Position numbers and translations under genes: made by a program. A DNA stretch of 64,000 bases from Camelus dromedarius. Its lineage: Eukaryota. Every line of letters starts with the position of its first letter. Within the stretch, counting starts at the first letter, position 1. The DNA lies in NCBI RefSeq assembly GCF_036321535.1, contig NC_087436.1:114144001-114208000 (forward strand). The letters are read 5' to 3'. This document shows positions 36,408 through 48,839 of this stretch, one piece after another. The notes under the pieces are model-generated. The model did not search any database. It saw nothing but the letters and a program-made list of their open reading frames with translations, and was not told the origin of the DNA.

Positions 36408-38774
36408 GAAATGTTCTTTACATGACAGGCCCTGCAGGATGTTTCCTTCCCTTCTTTCCTTTTCCCTTTCCTGGGAAGTTTGGGACTTAACCAAAGCAAA
36501 GACTTACATTTTGCTGAAGAAAAAGGGAGGCTATCTCCAAAGCATCCATCTCTAGGGCAAAGGGTTAGTTTAACTACTTGGTCTCTCTGTGCCTCAGTCT
36601 GTTTATCAGCAAAGTGAGGATTTTTGAGGACCTAGAGCATCAGATGGTTCTGGATGAATTTGATTAGGATGAACATCACAAAACTAGAAATGCAGCAATA
36701 GAATGCAGAAACAGGTCTGACCATAGCACTCCTCTGTTCCAAACTCCTCAGAGTTCCCTCGTGGGTAAGGTCAAGGGACGAACTCCTTAAAGCCTGCCTT
36801 CTAATACCTTCTGCATTCTAGAAAAGACACATGGTCAGCCCAAGTTCTTCCCAAATACTACATTCTTCCTCAGTACCAGGATGCCTGCTGTTTTCTCAGT
36901 GTGTGCTGGACTTTCCATTTTTCAAGGCTTAGCTCATGTCTTAACTTGATTCCTGAAGACTCTTCCCTGAGATTTTTCTCCTGTGGGAAATCTCCTGTTG
37001 AGGTCTTCTCGATTCCACGGTTGAAAGGTCATGACTCTCCGGTTTCGTCTCTCTTTACGTGGTGTATGCCACCACGCTAACTCTAATTATACTCCATCTG
37101 GGATTAAAGTGCAAGGGAAGCTCCTCCCCTACTTGTCCCTTTATTCTTTGAGAGGAAGGATGGTGTCTTCTTCATTTTCGACATTCCCTACTGCAGTTAG
37201 CATTAATGCCTTGCATATATTATATGTTTCATACATACCTTGCTATGAAAAGATAAACGATTAAATGAGCTTGAAGAGATACCTCACACATAAGAAATAG
37301 TTGTGTTTGGGATGAAAAATTTTAAGACTTGTTTTAAAAGAGTTATAAAGTCTAGAACCTGTACCTCATCCAATTACAGAAAAAATGAATGCAATTGAAA
37401 ATGATAAATGATAAAAACAAGGGCTTTAATTTTGTTTTCAGATTGTCTGGTTGCAACTTGATCATTGTGGACAAATAAACAATTACTCTCAGCCTTCGTA
37501 AAGTGTAAATGTTAGCTAAATATAGCAATTTGAATGGAATTGCACTATGTATATAGTATTGATTTTTTTGGTGTGTTTGTATTAGAGTAAATCATTGTTA
37601 GAAAATAGACTTCCTAGTCAATGGTTCTAATTTAAACCTAATTATTTTAAGTATCCCCAGAGAAGTCACATTATATTCTATCCATATAACCCAAGAGAGT
37701 ATACTGAACATACGTACGTTTACAGGCACACTAGAATGTACAGTTTGCAGCTCATCTCCTCTGCCTATATACTCTCCTCAGGTCACATCCCGCCCCTCGC
37801 TGAAACTCTCCTATTCATGCCCACTCAAGCTCTCTTGTAGAACACTTCCTGCCACTACCACAAGTTGGACCCAATATTTATATTTGCATCCTCATTTGAT
37901 TCATGCTGACTAATTCTTGGTTCAAGTGAAAGGTGAGGAAACGTGATGGTGATGGGTCTGGAAAGCTTGTCCTATGCATTGGGGGATTCTCATCTTGAGC
38001 TCAGACTAGGTCAGATATATACAAGCAGAGGGGTGTGGCAACAGAAAGCAACCCCTATGCACAAACCTAGGAAAATATTTATGCACATGCACATGGGAGG
38101 CAGGGGCAGGAAGGAATGCCCTTGGCAGTTCTTCGGTCTCCATCCCCATGGATTTGCTTCAGCCCTGAAAAGAGAGAGGCTGCTTCCACTCCCACTCAGG
38201 CCTGAGACACAGGGACACAGCATCCCTGCTTCAGTGCCTGGGGGAAATGACGTTGGGGAGTGAATCCTCTACAAGGAACTCAAAGTGCATTGATGTTCTG
38301 ATGTGGGAGCAAATGCCACATTGACCCCACAATGCAGACAGCTTCTGGAGAAGCAGTAGCCTTTGCAAAGGCTTGTTTTCTGTTCTCAACTGCAGCAGAA
38401 GAAGGTGCAGCCCCCAGTGCTTTCTCCACAGTGGGCACTGAAAAGGGAGAACCAGAGCAGATGACTGACAAAAAGAAAAGATGGAAATCTCATGTGACAC
38501 AAAGATTCTTAAGGGCTTCAAGAATGCAGACATGGGAATGAGCCAGAGAAACTGTCGTTACTATTATGGTGGCTTTATTTGGACAGACCAATCGATGAAT
38601 CCTGGACAAATTCTTCACATTAAGAACAGTTGAAAGAACAATTTGTCTGGAGAGGACAAAAGGGATGCCTCTCTTTTATTATCTTAAAGCCCATTTGGAG
38701 AAGGGAAGTTGGACTTTTAAGCAACTCTAGGGAAGCCAGTGGGTGTAAGTACAAGAGAAAGCCAGTCATTTTGG

Positions 38775-39130
38775 CTGCAGGAAGAGTTTCTAATCCTCAG
38801 AGTTGACCAACAATTAGAAAAGCTGCCTTAGGAAGTGGTGAGCTCTCTCGCATTGGAAGTATGTAAGCAAGGAGACTAGAACCCACCAACAATACTGAGC
38901 TAATTCTTGAGCCAGGTGGAAGGGTAGCTGTCATATGGAAGTAAAAGAGACTCGTTCAGCATGATTCCAGAGAGGAGGGAAAAGGCTAGCTGGTTAAATC
39001 TGCAAGGAAATAGATTTTAGCTCATTAGCAAGAGCTCATTACCAACAAAGCAGGCAGCCTTACAAGTTGGAGAAATAACTCTTTATCACCAGGCGTGTTC
39101 AAGCAGAGTTTAGCTAACCATATTGCAAGG
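38775..39130 (+). mobile_element. Two CR1/L3 3'-end relics
   Basis: gctgccttaggaagtggtgagctctctcgcattggaagtatgtaagca and gtgttcaagcagagtttagctaaccat resemble the L3/CR1 3' consensus. Confidence 0.55.
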
Positions 39131-39269
39131 TTGATTTGCTCAGGATAAAATAAGGAAAATACCAGAGTATGTGTGTATGTGTGTAAAGAAAAGAGTTTAA
39201 CCACTAAACCCTCTTATCAGATGAAGTGATATGTAGAATTTCAGTGGTAATAATGATGTAGACGCTATT

Positions 39270-39407
39270 AACAGTAACAGAAAAGACTTCGTAGTGCTTA
39301 CCATATGACTTCTGCTATTCTAAGCACTTTAAATGTACTCACTCATGTAATCCTCACACAACCCTATGAGGTAAGCAGTATTATTATTATTATTATTGTT
39401 GTTGTTG

Positions 39408-39460
<53 letters not shown>

Positions 39461-39590
39461 TCTGTTTCACAGATGAGTAACTTGCCGACCCAGAAGTTAG
39501 GTAACTTGCCCTAGGTCTCATAGATAATAACCAGGACTACACCCAGCAAGCCCAGCTCCGTTATCCACCCTCTTAACTAACGTGCTATGT
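39270..39590 (-). mobile_element. MIR SINE with an internal (ATT)n/(GTT)n microsatellite at 39380-39460
   Basis: ctaagcacttta...aatcctcacacaaccctatgaggta...cagatgag...aggtaacttgccc. Confidence 0.85.
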
Positions 39591-41334
39591 TAGCTAAAGC
39601 GGGATTGGAAAACTAAGAGACCCCCTCATTAGCCTCAGTGACCTTGATGCACCTCCAAGAACCTAGTCCACCTTAGAGCACAGTTTGGACAATCACTGAA
39701 CTGTAAGTGCTCATCTGACTCTAATTTCTATATGGAGGAATTCACAAGTGCAAAGCTCGGGGGACTCGGGCTCTGTCGAGCAAAATGAATGTGTTCCCCT
39801 CTTTATCTAGACAGTGTTCCCCAGGAGTGGACCATTCCTTAGCAGAGAGCCGACTCTGAGCTGGTTACAGAGAAAACCTCACTTCCTGTGGCCTCTCTTA
39901 TTTCCAAGTTTTCTAGTAAATTAGAAACTTGACTCATAGAAACATTTCTCTTCATCCTGGGGTCTCAGATTAACCCAAAAAAAAGGAAGGAAGAAAGAAG
40001 GAGGGAGGGAGAGAGGAAGAACACAAAGAAATAAGAGCACAAAAAGGAAACAATGACAGACAGACACAAAGAAAAATAAACAACATGATGTAAGATTCTG
40101 AATGCTATATGTCACCACCTCAGCGGGTGGAGAAAAGCAGACGTCACTTATGTAACACCCCTAACTAGAATAGTGCCCTCATTCTACTCTCTCTTCTGTT
40201 ATTCTCTAGAACTGAGAAGACATGAGCCAAAGATCTTAACAAGAATCCACACTTTATTCCAAAGCTACCATATGCTTGGCGTGAAACCAAACTCTCTAGC
40301 ATATGTGTCCAACAACAACTGTGTGCGAACAGTTACCCTAAAACATCAAGCACAGAATGGCTTTCTGCACTTGCCTTCAGGAATTCCCAGAGCCTTTCTG
40401 AGCATCGTCAGTCCTGCCAGGTTGCCACAGTCTTCTTGGGGTCACTTCTCAGTTCATAGACCCTGGGACTATAAATGCTTTAAAATCTCTAGGAGTTCCT
40501 CATTAATTAATACAGCCCATTGGCTTTACCAACATTAAACAAGCAAAAGAGAGAGAACAGAGCAGGATGTGAGAGCTGAAAGGGAGAGATTTCAGAGAAT
40601 GTGAAATGTAACTTTCATTTTTCAGAGGAGGATGCTTCAAGTATAAAGTTACTAGAGCAGAAATTTGAATTTCTAGTCTCATTCCAGTGTTTTGGGTTGT
40701 TTTTTCCGCCTGTCATTATTCCACATGATATCTAAGTCTTTCCAGAGAATCACATGTCTCCTTTTTCTTTAATCCTTCCCTAATTTATCAGCTCACAGGA
40801 GAGATTCAGTCAAGATTTAGCCCTATGTTTGTTCCATCTATGTTGAAAAAGAGCAGAGCAAAATCTGCAAGAGGCCTATTTAGCCAGAGATAAATTTCAT
40901 CACAGAGGAACCCTCAATTCTTTCTCATTTTTGGCATGTTACCAATTTTGCTGAAGGTCTAAGCACACTTTCTCAGAATGAATAAGTAAGGCCTTATCCT
41001 GTCTACTCCAGCATAGCATAGGTGGTCTCTGAAGTCTGCCTCTACTCAGTGAGCAGTTCTAGACAAAGCTGACCCTGTTCTCTCTCCTTCTTTGGTCCAT
41101 GTGACCTCTAAGATCATGTGTCCTCTCTCTCTTTCTCTCCCTCTCCTCTCCCTCCCTCCCATTTTCCCTCATGTTCATAACCTCTGAGCTTTATCTTAGT
41201 ATCCACAAGCAGACTTGGGTGTGCTGATATAAACATTTCAATGTATAGTGGATGACAAGGCTCAGCTTAGACTTTGGGCTTAAACTCAACCTCCAGTCAT
41301 CATTTTCCATTCTCTTTCCAATACACTCAGGGCA

Positions 41335-42240
41335 ACTGTAAAGAGTGGTGCTTGTACAGATAAATAATGGTAGTGTTAGATTTTAACCCACAGAATTGTA
41401 TAAGACTCCATAAATTCTACTGATGTAATAACATCAAATTTTAAATAAATAAAATAAGGAGCTATCTCTTCCCCACAGTGTAATTCCAATGAATAAATTT
41501 AGAAGGGAAAAGGGAAATGTGGAATCACCAGTAGGCAAACAACACAGTAAAAAGTATTACAGACAAGCTGCACAAGTTACAGGGTGAGAGTTTAAGGAGA
41601 AACAGGATTTGCATAATCTCAAAATATTTTATCCAAGATATTTTTCAACAACAAAAGAGAAAATAGTAATTTTACAGTGGAAAAACTTGCCAGATGCCAA
41701 GTTAAGCAAGCGATCAAGGTAACCATCACCCGTGATGAGAGATAGTGACACCATGAACCCCTTCATATCGTGCATGGAGGACACCACATAATTTTTGTGG
41801 CATTCTTGGCAAAAACACACAACCACTCCAACGTTAAGAAAACATTGCACAAATCCACACTGAGGGATATTCTACAAAATAACTCATCATTACTCTTTAG
41901 AAGAGCCAAGGTCATGAAAGACAAGGAAAGAATGAGGAACTGTTACAGATTAGAGTCCGTTAAGGAGATGTAACAACTAAATGCAATGTAGGATCTTGAA
42001 TTGGATCTAAAAAGAGAAGAATGATATTGGAAAAATTAGTGAATTTAAAAAAAAGTCTGTAATTTAGTTAATAATTTTGCACCAATGTTAACTCCCTGGT
42101 TTTGATAATTGCACTATAGTTACGTAAGATGTTAACATTTTTAACATTTGGGAAGCCTGGTAAGGGAACTCTTTGTACTATTTTTGCAACTTTTCTCTAA
42201 GTCTAAAATTAGGCCAAAATTAAATGTTAAAAAAAAAATA
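41335..42240 (+). mobile_element. Ancient L1 3' end (L1MC/MD-like)
   Basis: ttttacagtggaaaaacttgccaga...aaggtcatgaaagacaaggaaaga...aactaaatgcaatg...ttttgcaacttttct...A-tail. Confidence 0.78.
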
Positions 42241-45200
42241 GAGCATGCGACATTGATTTTCATTCTGCTCCTGCACCTTGTACGTCTTCTAGAAGTATGA
42301 CTGTCCTGGTCATGGTATTAGCAAAATAGCAACCAATCCTAACACTGATTCCTTGGGAAGTTCATTACAAAATTACCAGTAAGGTTTGATTCTAATTGTT
42401 CAACAGAAACTACTATTTACAGATGCCATGAAGGAAGATGAAACAAGTAGTGTTACTTACACTTTGCCTCTCTAAGACCCAGTTTTCTCATCTATGACTG
42501 TGATAACAGCAATGTCTATAAAGGGAAGAGCAAGAATTTAATCTTGACAAATCAGTTGTGTTTTGGAGTTACATGTCCTCTGTAACATGTATTTGCTTTT
42601 AGAATCCAAGCAATGTCATTTTATTGTTTATCCCTTAAACCTGTTTTCTTTGTTATGTCTTGATTTCACTAGCAACAATCTTTACCAACAATAACATTTT
42701 TCAGGAATGTAACTCTTACGGTTGGCAAGAGTTATTATTTCGAAAAAGATGGAGTAGCACATACAGATATGATATCTCTATAATAAGCTACATTTAGAAT
42801 CATGTTGCATAGAGGGTTTACGTGCACATAATGGGAACTGAACTGCCCTTTCTTAGAAAAAGACCCAAGAGTGTCCTATAAGGACAAACGTATGATAGCT
42901 ACTGTTCATTGTGTGTCTTCTGGATCCCAGGGACATGCTTGACACTTCACCTGTCTTATCACAATTAATCGCTTGTTGGACCTTCAAGATAGCTGTCATT
43001 ATACCCATCTTTAAAAATAAGGAAACTGAGATTCAGTTATCACACAGCTAATAGATAGTGGGGACCAAGAGCCACATCCTGATTCCTCTGCCTCCAAACT
43101 ACACAAGTCTCTTCCTCATAAAAGGAAGTCTGAGACATCAAGATTCCATTATCTTAGAGACAGGGTCAGGACGATTTGGCCAAGTGAATGCCTTAAAACT
43201 ATACAGAGCCCTTTTGTCTGAAAGTATGGGAGATGCTGTTTGTGCCAGCTGTGTCAAAACAGCACTTGCTGTTCTCTAGCTGCAATCACGGGGAGTAATT
43301 CTGCTTCCTGCCCAAGAAACCCAAGGGCATCAAGAATGCAGACTTAACCAGCCTCCCACGGGCACCTTGCAGAGAAGATGACATTTAAGCCATGTCTTGA
43401 GAAATGCGTTATACAGCCAGACAAGTATGGGAACTGTGTTTCAAGCAGAGAAAACAACATGCACAAAGGTACAAAGGCATAAACTGGGAAGAACTGCATA
43501 TAGACAAGTATACGTAAAGTAAAGGGACATCACATGGTGCCCACGTGCATGCAGGAAGCACAGAGAAAGTTCAGTCACTGTGGTACCTTTACAGAACTTG
43601 CAGTCTATCCAGAGAGACCCAACTGCCACACAAGAAGCTGGTGAGTTTTAAAATGAGTAGGAAAAACTCATCTCTTGATACCCAGTAAAATGCCTCTCAA
43701 GTATCTTACATTCTCCTGTACCTTTTCCTCACTCTATAGCACATTACGACTCAATTTGAAAAAGAATGGGGGAAAAAAATCTATCTACTTCTCAATACTT
43801 ATTAGGTTGAAAACCTAATGGTATACTTTATATTTTTTAGTGAAGACAGCATATAAAGCTCTTATTCTTGTTCATCAAGTTCCTTGATATAGGAGCCTGA
43901 TTCAGATGAATAGATTTGCCAGTTGCACTCTGAGAAAACTACTGGGGCACCTTACTCATGTGTTATGTCACCTTAAGCAATGGCAGAACAAATACCAAGC
44001 AGTGGGAAATGGGATTGCTTTTTATCATCAACTACTGTGTCTTAAGCACATTTATTGAATGCTCACTCTGTCAGGCACAAAGCTAATTGCTTCATAGGGA
44101 TCTTCTTGCTTAATCTTCATAGACACTCCAAGAGGAAGATTTTAGAATTATTGTCCTCCGTTTGGAAGAAAAAACTGAGGCAAAGAATGGTAGAGTAAGC
44201 TATCCAAGGACATCAGTGAGGAAGCAGCAGAACCAAGAATTTACCTGAACTGCATCGGACAACATAGAGCCTCGTGTTTTCTATCTCAAAGCCTTACAAT
44301 TTAGCAAATGATTATCCTGGGGCAGAGACATGACCTTGAACTCACCATCCCTCACGAGCTGTATGCAAAACAGAGGACGACTATTAACAAACGTACCATA
44401 TCTAGCCCCCATCCAATCTTATTATGAGTGTTCTAACTTCCTGTATGAAGAAATGTGATTAGCCAGGAGTGGCCATGGGTAATTGGAGCTTTCATTGAAA
44501 AGAACTAGGTAATCTAGAGGCACATTTTCCCAACATGTAGAGGCCATCTGGCTAATAGCACAAACTCCCTGGCACTCAGGCATCTCCACATGCTGGGAAG
44601 GAAAGCTGGATCTCATACCTCCTAAGAATATGACAGGAGGGACACTCTGGGGAAGCAAAGTGAATGTAGGGCAAAAGAAACATTTCAAATGAAATGCCCG
44701 AATTCTATTCATCTTCCACTGAGTGTCCAGACTTACACTCCTGCACTCCCACAGTGTTGTCTAAGACTTAGAGTTTGAGTAACTTGTCAAGGATACACAT
44801 AGTTGATAAGTAGCAGAACAAGTGCTCCAAAAAGCCTTCTATTTCCTTGTCTCTTGTTCTAATATCAGAATCGGGCTGTTTTTCAGTTGATGTTTGCAAC
44901 TTCATGGAAAATAGCAGAGGGATGCTCAGGAACCAGCCACCATGAGCAACTTCTACCATGCTCCAAATCTCAGTTTCTCTCCTCTTTTGCCTCTTGTAAT
45001 AGGGACATAATCTCTTCTTCTAAAAGGTTTGAGGAGATTGAATAAGGTGATATATGCATTAGGAGAATAAGCAGCATAGGGCAAGTTCATGGAAGAAGAG
45101 GCTCAAATTAATTAAACATTCCAGGAGATTCCAGGAGCTGTATATCCCTCAATTGTCTTCAACTTGAAAAAAAGAACAAGAGAATGGAAATAGAAAGATA

Positions 45201-46209
45201 AGGAAGACACAGAGGATAGAAGGTAGGAGAAAATAATGAGGAAAAAAGAAAGAAGAAAAGGTAAGTATGTTGACCAAGGAACCCCAACCAGCTGGAGCTG
45301 TCCTAAGACCCGTCATTCTCCTTCTTCGTATCATCTCTTCTCCTCTCTGGGGGGATTCTAAAACCAGCTCTCTAGGGGTCCGAGAGTCATCTTTACTAAT
45401 TGCGTGAAATAAATCAAACATTGTTGAGATAATGGTTTAGCAAGAGTATGGAAATTATGGGTTATACTTTGACAATCCATGATCTTGAAAAAGGAGAATG
45501 GGCCAGAACTAAGGTTCCTTGAAGACAGACTATGTAGCAGTGCCATTCAGTGACTTTGCATACAACCCAGGTGCAACACCATGTGGGTCAGAGTTCTCAG
45601 CTACAAACAGCAAAACTAGACTCTTGTCACTTGAGAAAATGAAGTTTTTAAAAAGCTATTGGAATGAAAATAGACTCGCCAGAAGTCTGGACAACTGGAG
45701 TTTAAAAATGGACAAGAACAGAAGATGGCAGTTCTCATCACTACCACTGGAAGTCTGGTGAGTGAGAACCTTGCTGCTTAGGAAGCCATGTGAGCTTGAT
45801 GAGAGATATGAAGATCAGCAAAAGTAGAATATAAAGTTCAGACCATTCTCCAGCCATACCTCCTTTGGCACGAGTCAGAACCAAAAAATGGCAGCTCCCA
45901 CTAGTGTGACCTCGTTCATCTTCTAAAGGACAGGTCACAAAGCCCCAGCTGTGGAATCACAAATCCTGAGTTCCATGTGCATTGTGGCCCCTAACCAGTT
46001 GGCTGGTGACCTTGGGAATCACATAACATCCCTCCAGTCCAAGTTCTGCATTTTCTAGGTGGAGATAGTAGCCCCCAACTTGTTCGCGTGCAGGGCTGCT
46101 GTGAGAAGTAAGTGAAAAGGAAGATATAAATAGTCTTGAAAACTCTTATGTCCTTGCAAAATTCTAAGAATCTTCCTCATGATCATTGATTTTTAAATAA
46201 TTACTAGAA

Positions 46210-46430
46210 GATGATGTAGCACATGTAAAAAGCAATACTCAGAGACAGCTACCCCAGGGCTGAACTCTGGCTCCACCTCTTACCACCTTTTGTCCTTGCA
46301 AAAGCCTGGTTGACTTTCTGAGCCTCAGTTTCCTCATTTAGAAGATGAGAATAAGATTGTCTATTTTCATAGAATTAGTGTAAAGATCAAAAGAGACATT
46401 ATGTGATGCAGAGTGCCTGGGACTCAAAGA
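46210..46430 (+). mobile_element. MIR SINE (one of many; others at ~6255-6450, 9905-10085, 24505-24640, 49880-50000, 56925-57125, 57925-58125, 63480-63670)
   Basis: MIR core: ctctggctccacc...ctttctgagcctcagtttcctcatt. Confidence 0.75.
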
Positions 46431-47896
46431 AAGCGATTAATAGCAATAATCAAAATACGCACGAGAGATAGTAATAAGAACAGATCAAGCCTTGCCTTCC
46501 CCTGGCTACTACTAACTCTCTCATCACCTATAGCAGTTACTCACGTATGATTTGGTAACATCTCTTGAATTACTGTTCGGAACTGATAATTAAAATTTTA
46601 TTTACATTTTGTTTCTGCTCTTCTCATTGACTTGCCATCTTGCAGAGGTCTGCATGATTGAAATCACTTTTACCCCATCTAAGAAAGCTAAAAATCCCCC
46701 AAGAATCCCTGCCTTTCTATGTATCAGTCAAAGCAAGGAAGGGGTTACTGGGGATTCGGAGCCCTTGCTGAAGCATAAGGCATCTGACCTTGTCAGAAGC
46801 CCTCAGGCTTTTGCCAGCACTTCTGCTTTTCTCTGCACACAGCCCTCAGTGGAAAAACACTGTCCAAACTGTGAATTATTAATCTCATCATGACATCAAA
46901 TACCTGCTAGATAAAAAGAACCAGTGGCCTCCACAATGAGGATCTCAGAGCAAACCAAGAGCTAGTGATATCCTTCTGACCACAATCAGGAGGTTTCCCG
47001 CTCACCTCTGGGGTGGAAGACGACCTCACTTATTCGCGACTCCCTCACGCACAGAACTCTAATGCCATCAGGTTAAATAAAACACAGCTGATTCCTTTGG
47101 GGGGCTGATCTGGAGGAAAAGGCTTTCGCTGACCCTCCAGGCAGCTGATGATGCCACACCAACTTTGAATGTTTATGTTCTGAGTTCATGAGAACTGGAG
47201 CGCAAGAAAAGATTCAAGGTCTTTTCAGTTGGCTGTTTTCCCTTCAAGGACCAATTGTTGGATCCAACTATATCAAAGTTACTGAAGACTAGAAAATTAT
47301 TGACAGATGGAAAATTCCAGTAGTAGAAGGTCCATAGGAATACGTCTGGCATATTCCACATTACTCGACAAGGCTTTGAGCCAAGTTCTTAGTAAGGATA
47401 ACCTCTGAAAAAATGCATTTATTTTTAAGTCAAGGAGAGAAAATAGCAGGAGAGAAAGATTATGGCTCAAGAGATGTGAGCTGTGTAGCCTTGAGCTTTC
47501 TTTCAAAAGCATTTACTGAACACAGGAACTCTGGAGTATACAGACATGCCCTCAAGTGAAAACCACCTACCACTTATACAGCACTGAGTGTGTATCAGAT
47601 TCTGCAAGGGGGTCTACTCATGACATCTAATTTACCCTCATAACAACCAAAGGATATAGGATTTTGTGCCCCTTTTGTTTTTAAGGAATTAATGCTTAAT
47701 AAAATATGTACTGACAAAAGTCAGCGGAGTGGAAATTTAAACCTAGCTAGATTCATTTAGATCTAGAACTCCATAAGGAACATATAATTTAGCAGAAGAG
47801 CCTGATGAGCAAACAGCTAATGCCAGAGCGATACACAATTAGCAAGATAGAATTAAATCTGCAACAGCCAGAGAGTCTCTAAAGCTGTAGGGAGGT

Positions 47897-48007
47897 GGGA
47901 GAGTGAACAACCACCCTGATTTGTCCAGAACTGAGGGGTTTCTCAGGATGCAAAAATTTCAGCGCTAAGACCATCTGGGATAAACCAAGACAACTGACCA
48001 TCACAGA
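47897..48007. mobile_element. MER94-like hAT-Blackjack MITE
   Basis: gagtgaacaaccaccctgatttgtccagaactgaggggtttctcaggatg...ctgggataaaccaagacaactgaccatc. Confidence 0.6.
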
Positions 48008-48383
48008 GGGAGGTGGGGGCTGGGTACTACAGGACAATTTGTACCGAGATGGGGAGTTTGACTTTTATCCTATAAAGAACAAGATGACTGATATGAACAC
48101 ATGACTGTTTTAAAAGTGGAAGGAGACAGAGAGCTCTGGCTGCTGGGTGATAATGAATTTGAGATGGTAAGACTGGTAGGACTGAGAATAAAGAAGGGAG
48201 ACTGGGAAAGGGGCATAAAGATGAAGGAAGTGAAAGAAATGACACATTTCCTTTCAGCTCAAAGACTGCAATTCTAAGATTAGGCTTCTCAAACAATGAC
48301 ATCTAATCTAATCAAAACAGAAGTCTACATAAGATGCTGACTAAATAGACTAGAATACTTCAGCATGTAATTCAGTACTTACT

Positions 48384-48839
48384 TGTTATGGGTTGAATCA
48401 TGGTCTCTAATGTTCCCTCCCCCTAAAAAATATGTGTTGAAGTCCTAACCCCTAGTCAGAAATAGGGTTGATTCATTGCATATATAATTAGTTTAGATGA
48501 GATCCCATAGGCATAGAGTAGACCCCTAATGCAATAAGACTAGGGTCCTTATAAGACCACCATGTGAGGACAGAGAAACACATGGAGAATGTTATGTGAT
48601 AACACAGCAGACATTGGAATTACGCAGGTGCAAACCAAGGAAAACCGAAGATTGCCAGCAAACCACCTGAAGCTAAGAAGCAATGGAGGATTCCCCTACA
48701 GATTCCAAAGGAAACATGGTCCTGATGACACCTTAATTTAGGATTTCCGGCCTCTAGAACTATGAGATAATCAAATTCTGTTCTTTTAAAACACTCATTT
48801 TGTGGTACTTCGGTACAGCATTCCTAGGAAATTAATATG
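48384..48839 (+). mobile_element. MLT1 (B/C-like) MaLR solo LTR
   Basis: tgttatgggttgaat...gttgaagtcctaacccc...gattgccagcaaaccacc...ggcctctagaactatgag...ttgtggtactt...ctaggaaattaata. Confidence 0.88.

Noticed and set aside
39305..39514. ORF with a poly-Ile/Val hydrophobic run
   Set aside because: It is an (ATT)n/(GTT)n microsatellite inside a MIR.
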